From Gloeobacterales cyanobacterium (GTDB taxonomy: Bacteria > Cyanobacteriota > Cyanobacteriia > Gloeobacterales > PMM-0068): a stretch of 64,000 bases of DNA. The position numbers and the translations under genes are program-made. The notes beneath the pieces were generated by a model. It made no database searches, was not told the origin of the DNA, and saw only the letters and a program-made list of their open reading frames with translations. Location of the stretch: positions 54,161 through 118,160 of the forward strand of contig JBBRSB010000012.1 of assembly GCA_038245785.1 (NCBI GenBank), written 5' to 3'. This document shows positions 59,415 to 64,000 of the stretch, one piece after another (positions within the stretch are counted from its first letter, which is position 1; every line of letters starts with the position of its first letter).

Positions 59415-60356
59415 CTAACTTCGTAAAATCGGTACACGTTCCAGTGCTGCTCGGTCCCAGTTCCCTAAATTTGCAGCGGCCTCATAGGTGCTTTGGATAA
59501 AGGCGAGGAGGACTGCATCTGGATTATCAGCCTGCCGCATTACCTCGTACGGCAGCATAAACTCGCCCATTTGCGAACTGTAAAAAGCCTCTTTTGGCTG
59601 GACAGGATAATCTTGGAACTCCTCTGGTGCAGGGTAAGCGTAGGAGTAAAAGACAGGATCAGCCATGACATTACCGGGCCAAAACCCACAGCTGCTTACC
59701 TCATGCGAGTATGCTTCACGTGTCACCCAATCCGCCATATTCGGAACGCCACCCGGATGCTCTGGAGCGCTACGCCCAGAGAAGCGAGTCACTGCCAGGT
59801 CAAAGCTGCCCCAGAAGAAGTGTACAGGACTACTTTTACCGATAAACTGCGCGCGAAATTCTGTCATCACCCGGTCTGTTTGCAAAAGAATGCGCCAGAA
59901 TCGCTGGGCATATTCTGGATCATAGGCAGTATGTTTGTGGTCTTGCTCGAAGGGAATAGCATTTTCTACTTCCTGCGGCATGGTCCAAATCTGAACTTCG
60001 ATGCCGATTTCGCGCAAGGTGCCCATCACCTCCTGGTAAAAGTCTGCTACAGAGCGGGGGACCAGCGCAATCTGTCGGACAGTGCCATCACTCGTTTCAA
60101 TGTGCAAGTGATGCGAAAGAAAGTCAAAGCTAATTTGAAAGCTGCGTGTTTTGTAAGGGATAGAAGAGGTTGTTAATCCACGGGACGTCACATACAGCGT
60201 AGACTGCCACCAGTGATTGAGTTTGGGAGATAGTGCAAGCCTGATTTTACCGATGATCTGAGTCCACATGTGCAGTGTGGCATACGTATCTTGCCATGCC
60301 GCAAAGGACAGGCTTGGCCAAGTGATATCGGTGGATGTTTCGGAAACAGAAGTCAT
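59415..60356 (-). CDS. DUF5996 family protein
   Basis: TLHMWTQIIGKIRL, PVHFFWGSFDLAVTRFSG, SCGFWPG; probable ATG at 60356. Confidence 0.85.
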   Translation of the reverse strand: MTSVSETSTDITWPSLSFAAWQDTYATLHMWTQIIGKIRLALSPKLNHWWQSTLYVTSRGLTTSSIPYKTRSFQISFDFLSHHLHIETSDGTVRQIALVPRSVADFYQEVMGTLREIGIEVQIWTMPQEVENAIPFEQDHKHTAYDPEYAQRFWRILLQTDRVMTEFRAQFIGKSSPVHFFWGSFDLAVTRFSGRSAPEHPGGVPNMADWVTREAYSHEVSSCGFWPGNVMADPVFYSYAYPAPEEFQDYPVQPKEAFYSSQMGEFMLPYEVMRQADNPDAVLLAFIQSTYEAAANLGNWDRAALERVPILRS

Positions 60357-60797
60357 GAGCGAAATCTCTATTGGGGAAAGAGGCGCACGGGGCAGAGCAG
60401 GAGCAATAACGAACGACTTAACCACTCCTTTACCAAGTCATTTGCAATCTAACAGCGTATCTGACTAGCCATTATCACTTGAATCGTAATGTCGAACATG
60501 ACTAATTTCACGGGTGGAATTTTACGCCCAGAAGTTTAACGAATAGATACTACCAATCATGAGGAGCAGTCACTTGCTTTTTCTTCATCCCCCTATAGAC
60601 ATAAATATGGTGTTATTCCTAATACAACATCTTCAACTTTTCTATAGATAGAAGGACTATAAGGGCTATATAGATATTTACTATCATCTAGTCCCTTTTC
60701 AATCCTTAAAAATTTTGTTTATAAAACTGACTCCACAGAATTTCTCGAACACCCTGGCTGTAGACACCAATGACTGAAATATAGCAAACAGATAGAG

Positions 60798-62255
60798 GTG
60801 GCCATGGATTTTCTGTCTAATACAGTCGTGCTTTCCCGCATGCAATTTGCCTTGACGGCCATATTTCATATGCTTTGGCCTGTCCTAACGACGGGTATGG
60901 GAATTTATCTGGTTATTGTCGAAGGGATGTGGCTAAAAACGCGCAATCCTGTCTATTATCACCACGCTCGTTTTTGGGCCAAGCTCTATGTCCTCAACTT
61001 TGGCATTGGCGTAGCCTCAGGGATTCCGATGGAGTTTCAGTTTGGAACCAACTGGGCTCCTTTCTCTGAAGCCACAGGAGACTTTTTTGGCAGCATTCTA
61101 GGATTTGAGAGTGCTATGGCCTTCATGCTGGAAGCGGGCTTCTTGGGCATCATGTTGTTTGGTTGGGGGCGGGTCCATCCCTACATTCACTATTTGGCCA
61201 CAATCATGGTCGCCTTTGGAGCGAACTTATCGACCTTCTGGATTTTGGTGGCCAATTCCTGGCTCCAGAGTCCAACCGGTGGATCTATGGTCAATGGCAA
61301 ATTCATAGTTAGTGACTACTTTCAGGCGATCTTGAATCCTTTCATGCTGAACAGCGTGCTCCATATGTTCTTTGCCACCCTGGAGACTTCGCTCTTTGTG
61401 ATTGGGGGCATCAGTGCCTGGTACATTCTCAAGCGTCGGAACGTAGCCTTCTTCTCCAAATCGCTGAAAATTGCTTTAGCGACTGCGATTGTGGTTGCGC
61501 CTTTGCAGATTTGGATTGGCCATTTGAGCGGTGAACAAGTGTGGCACTATCAACCGACCAAACTAGCTGCGATGGAAGCCCAATGGGAATCGATTCCCGC
61601 TGGGAAGCCTGCGTCTTGGAGCATCGTAGCCTTGCCCAATGACAAAGCCCAAAAGAATGACTGGGAACTCTCCGTCCCCAATGCCTTGGGCTACATTCTA
61701 GAATTCAAACCAGAACTCTCTAGACCCTTACGGGGCCTTAAGGAATGGAAACGTGAAGACCGACCGCACTTAGTCACCCTGGTTTTTTACTCTTTTCGGA
61801 CAATGGTCGGCATTGGTTTCTTCTTCGCTGGGTTGATGTTATTCAGCGTTCTTCAGTGGCTCAGAGGAAAACTTTCCCCCGAGAATATAAGTGAGCAACG
61901 TTGGCTCTTGCGGGCTTGGATTCTGGCTGCCCCTTTGGGCTATATCGCGGTTGAATCCGGATGGATTGTCCGCTGCGTTGGTAGACAGCCATGGTCCGTC
62001 TATGGGCTAATCCGGACGGCTGATTCCGCCTCGAATGTGCCTGCAAGCAATGTCCTTACTTCCTTGCTGCTCTTTGCAGGAGTCTATAGCTTTTTACTCT
62101 TTTGCACCTTGTTTTTTGGCAATCGTATTTTGCGCAAAGGACCGAATCTAGACCTTCCTGTCCCAAGCTTGGAAAATCAACCAGCGGTGGAAGTTGAGCT
62201 CGCAGAGCATATTCCCGATAGGCGACCTGTAGAAACACAGTCAGAACAACAATAG
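60798..62255 (+). CDS. cydA: Cytochrome bd ubiquinol oxidase subunit I
   Basis: SRMQFA..FH, EFQFGTNW, QPTKLAAME, GRQPW; start 60798 or 60804. Confidence 0.98.
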   Translation: MAMDFLSNTVVLSRMQFALTAIFHMLWPVLTTGMGIYLVIVEGMWLKTRNPVYYHHARFWAKLYVLNFGIGVASGIPMEFQFGTNWAPFSEATGDFFGSILGFESAMAFMLEAGFLGIMLFGWGRVHPYIHYLATIMVAFGANLSTFWILVANSWLQSPTGGSMVNGKFIVSDYFQAILNPFMLNSVLHMFFATLETSLFVIGGISAWYILKRRNVAFFSKSLKIALATAIVVAPLQIWIGHLSGEQVWHYQPTKLAAMEAQWESIPAGKPASWSIVALPNDKAQKNDWELSVPNALGYILEFKPELSRPLRGLKEWKREDRPHLVTLVFYSFRTMVGIGFFFAGLMLFSVLQWLRGKLSPENISEQRWLLRAWILAAPLGYIAVESGWIVRCVGRQPWSVYGLIRTADSASNVPASNVLTSLLLFAGVYSFLLFCTLFFGNRILRKGPNLDLPVPSLENQPAVEVELAEHIPDRRPVETQSEQQ

Positions 62256-62263
62256 GAGATGCT

Positions 62264-63277
62264 ATGGAAGCGTTAGGAAATTTCCTGCCTCAGGTATGGT
62301 TTGCAATCTTGGCACTCTTCCTCTTTCTCTATGTCATGCTGGATGGCTTTGACTTAGGGGTAGGAATTTTATCGTTGACCACTTCCAATGAGGAACGTCG
62401 GGGCATCTTAATGACCAGCCTAAGCAATGTTTGGGATGCGAATGAGACCTGGCTCGTTCTGATGGGAGGGGCTCTTTTCGGAGCTTTCCCCCTGGCCTAT
62501 GCCACTATTTTGAATGCCCTGTACATCCCAATCTTCGCGATGATTTTTGGGCTAGTCTTTCGGGCCGTAGCTTTTGAATTTCGCGAACATTCTGAACAAA
62601 AGCTCTTCTGGAATGTGGCCTTTGGAGCTGGGAGCTTTTTAGCAGCACTCGGCCAAGGGTTTGCCCTTGGTAGCGTACTGACAGGAATTTCTGTTGATAA
62701 AGCAGGTCATTTTATCGGGACGACCTGGGACTGGTTCAACTGGCATTCGGTACTGGTCGCTTTAACGTTGATTCAAGGCTATGTATTGATTGGCTCGACC
62801 TATCTGATTTGGAAAACAGATGGGGAACTTCAAACTACACACTATCGAACGGCCAAAATTGCGGCCCTGACTACTTTGATTGGAGCGATCTTAATTACCA
62901 TTACAACGCCTGTACTTTCTGAAAATGCCAGAACTCGTTTGTTTCACCAACCAGAAATTTATATCTTTGCCCTGATTCCTATCCTGGGCGTGTTGTTGAT
63001 TTGGCAACTTTTCAAAAGCCTTAACCGTGAAGAAGAAAGGAAGCCCTTTATCTGGACTATTCTTCTTTTCTTGCTCACCTTTATTGGGTTAGCCTTAGTC
63101 GTCTTTCCTTATGTTATCCCTCCACAAATCACGATCTATCAGGCTGCGGCTTCACCGAGCGCCCTGGTCTTTATGCTTATCTTTATTGGTTTCCTGATCC
63201 CGATTATGCTGTTCTACAACATCTACCAATATGTTGTTTTCCGGGGCAAGGTGACAGGTGGTCACTACGATGGATAG
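62264..63277 (+). CDS. cydB: Cytochrome bd ubiquinol oxidase subunit II
   Basis: LDGFDLGVG, WDANETWLV, FRAVAFEFR. Confidence 0.98.
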   Translation: MEALGNFLPQVWFAILALFLFLYVMLDGFDLGVGILSLTTSNEERRGILMTSLSNVWDANETWLVLMGGALFGAFPLAYATILNALYIPIFAMIFGLVFRAVAFEFREHSEQKLFWNVAFGAGSFLAALGQGFALGSVLTGISVDKAGHFIGTTWDWFNWHSVLVALTLIQGYVLIGSTYLIWKTDGELQTTHYRTAKIAALTTLIGAILITITTPVLSENARTRLFHQPEIYIFALIPILGVLLIWQLFKSLNREEERKPFIWTILLFLLTFIGLALVVFPYVIPPQITIYQAAASPSALVFMLIFIGFLIPIMLFYNIYQYVVFRGKVTGGHYDG

Positions 63278-63303
63278 AGCCTTAATCGTTAGATAATCCT
63301 GAC

Positions 63304-64000
63304 TTAATCATGGCTAGCAACCAGGGCAACCTCTTTTTGCAATGCATACACTTGTCGTCCTACTGCTTCAGCAATCGGTTTCAAACTATGTACCAAACGC
63401 ACCATATCTTTCAGGGCAAGGGCTTGACGTGCATCAGAAACCGATTTCTCTGGCTCCGGATGGCATTCAATCAGCAGCCCATCGGCTCCACAGGCAATGG
63501 CGGCACGGGATAGATCTGCAATCAGCTCTCGCTTTCCGGCAGCATGGCTGGGATCTGCAAGAATCGGTAGATGGGTAATTTGCCTCAGTGCAGCTACGGC
63601 TCCTAAATCCAGTACATTGCGGGTATAGGGATCGAAACTGCGAATGCCTCGCTCACAGAGCACCACATTTGGATTGCCAAAGCTGACGATGTACTCCGCC
63701 GCCATCACGAATTCTTCAATCGTAGAAGCAAGCCCGCGCTTTAGGAGCACGGGCTTATCAACTTGACCTAGGGCTTTGAGGAGGTCGAAATTTTGCATAT
63801 TGCGACTGCCTACCTGAAGCATATCGGCATGAGCAGCAACAGTTTCAATCTGAGCAATAGCCATGACCTCTGTGACGACAGGCAAGCCGTAGCGTTGCCG
63901 GATGCTAGCAAGAATCTCTAGTCCTGCTAAACCAAGTCCTTGAAAGGCATAGGGCGAAGTCCGTGGTTTATACACACCACCCCGCAATGCTTGTACGGTC
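63304..64000 (-). CDS. aroF: DAHP synthase (type I-beta), 5' part outside the window
   Basis: [33 protein letters not shown]. Confidence 0.95.
   Translation of the reverse strand, partial: TVQALRGGVYKPRTSPYAFQGLGLAGLEILASIRQRYGLPVVTEVMAIAQIETVAAHADMLQVGSRNMQNFDLLKALGQVDKPVLLKRGLASTIEEFVMAAEYIVSFGNPNVVLCERGIRSFDPYTRNVLDLGAVAALRQITHLPILADPSHAAGKRELIADLSRAAIACGADGLLIECHPEPEKSVSDARQALALKDMVRLVHSLKPIAEAVGRQVYALQKEVALVASHD

Overview
Cyanobacterial chromosome window; gene content and the apparent lack of HIP1 enrichment suggest an early-branching lineage such as Gloeobacterales (inference only). The core backbone holds rimP-nusA-ylxR-infB, rpsA, txlA, csoR plus a Cu(I) ATPase, glyQ, lipA, secA, aroC-trpF, eda, ftn2/ARC6, ymdB, a B12 radical SAM, an RND pump, a ROK kinase, nurA, cydAB, a partial aroF, tRNA-Gly(TCC) and tRNA-Ser(TGA). 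Main features the ORF track does not explain: (1) two degenerate integron attC sites plus several cassette-like genes starting just after GTTAGG-type cores, with no integrase in the window, and a shared CCTAA-N6-TTAGCAAG site in front of two cassette-like units 31 kb apart; (2) a 48-57 kb mosaic island of toxin-antitoxin modules, mostly orphan antitoxins, with type I R-M fragments and internal duplications; (3) an unannotated ~250-290 nt rod-like RNA candidate (6S-like) between secA and aroC; (4) a DUF559 nuclease bracketed by inverted REP-like palindromes; (5) a tnpB-only IS200/IS605 element with one nonsense mutation and nested short repeats in its left-end hairpin; (6) very short repeats inserted into a duplicated tRNA 3' end, tnpB and an hsdS remnant. 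All calls were made by eye; no database searches were run.
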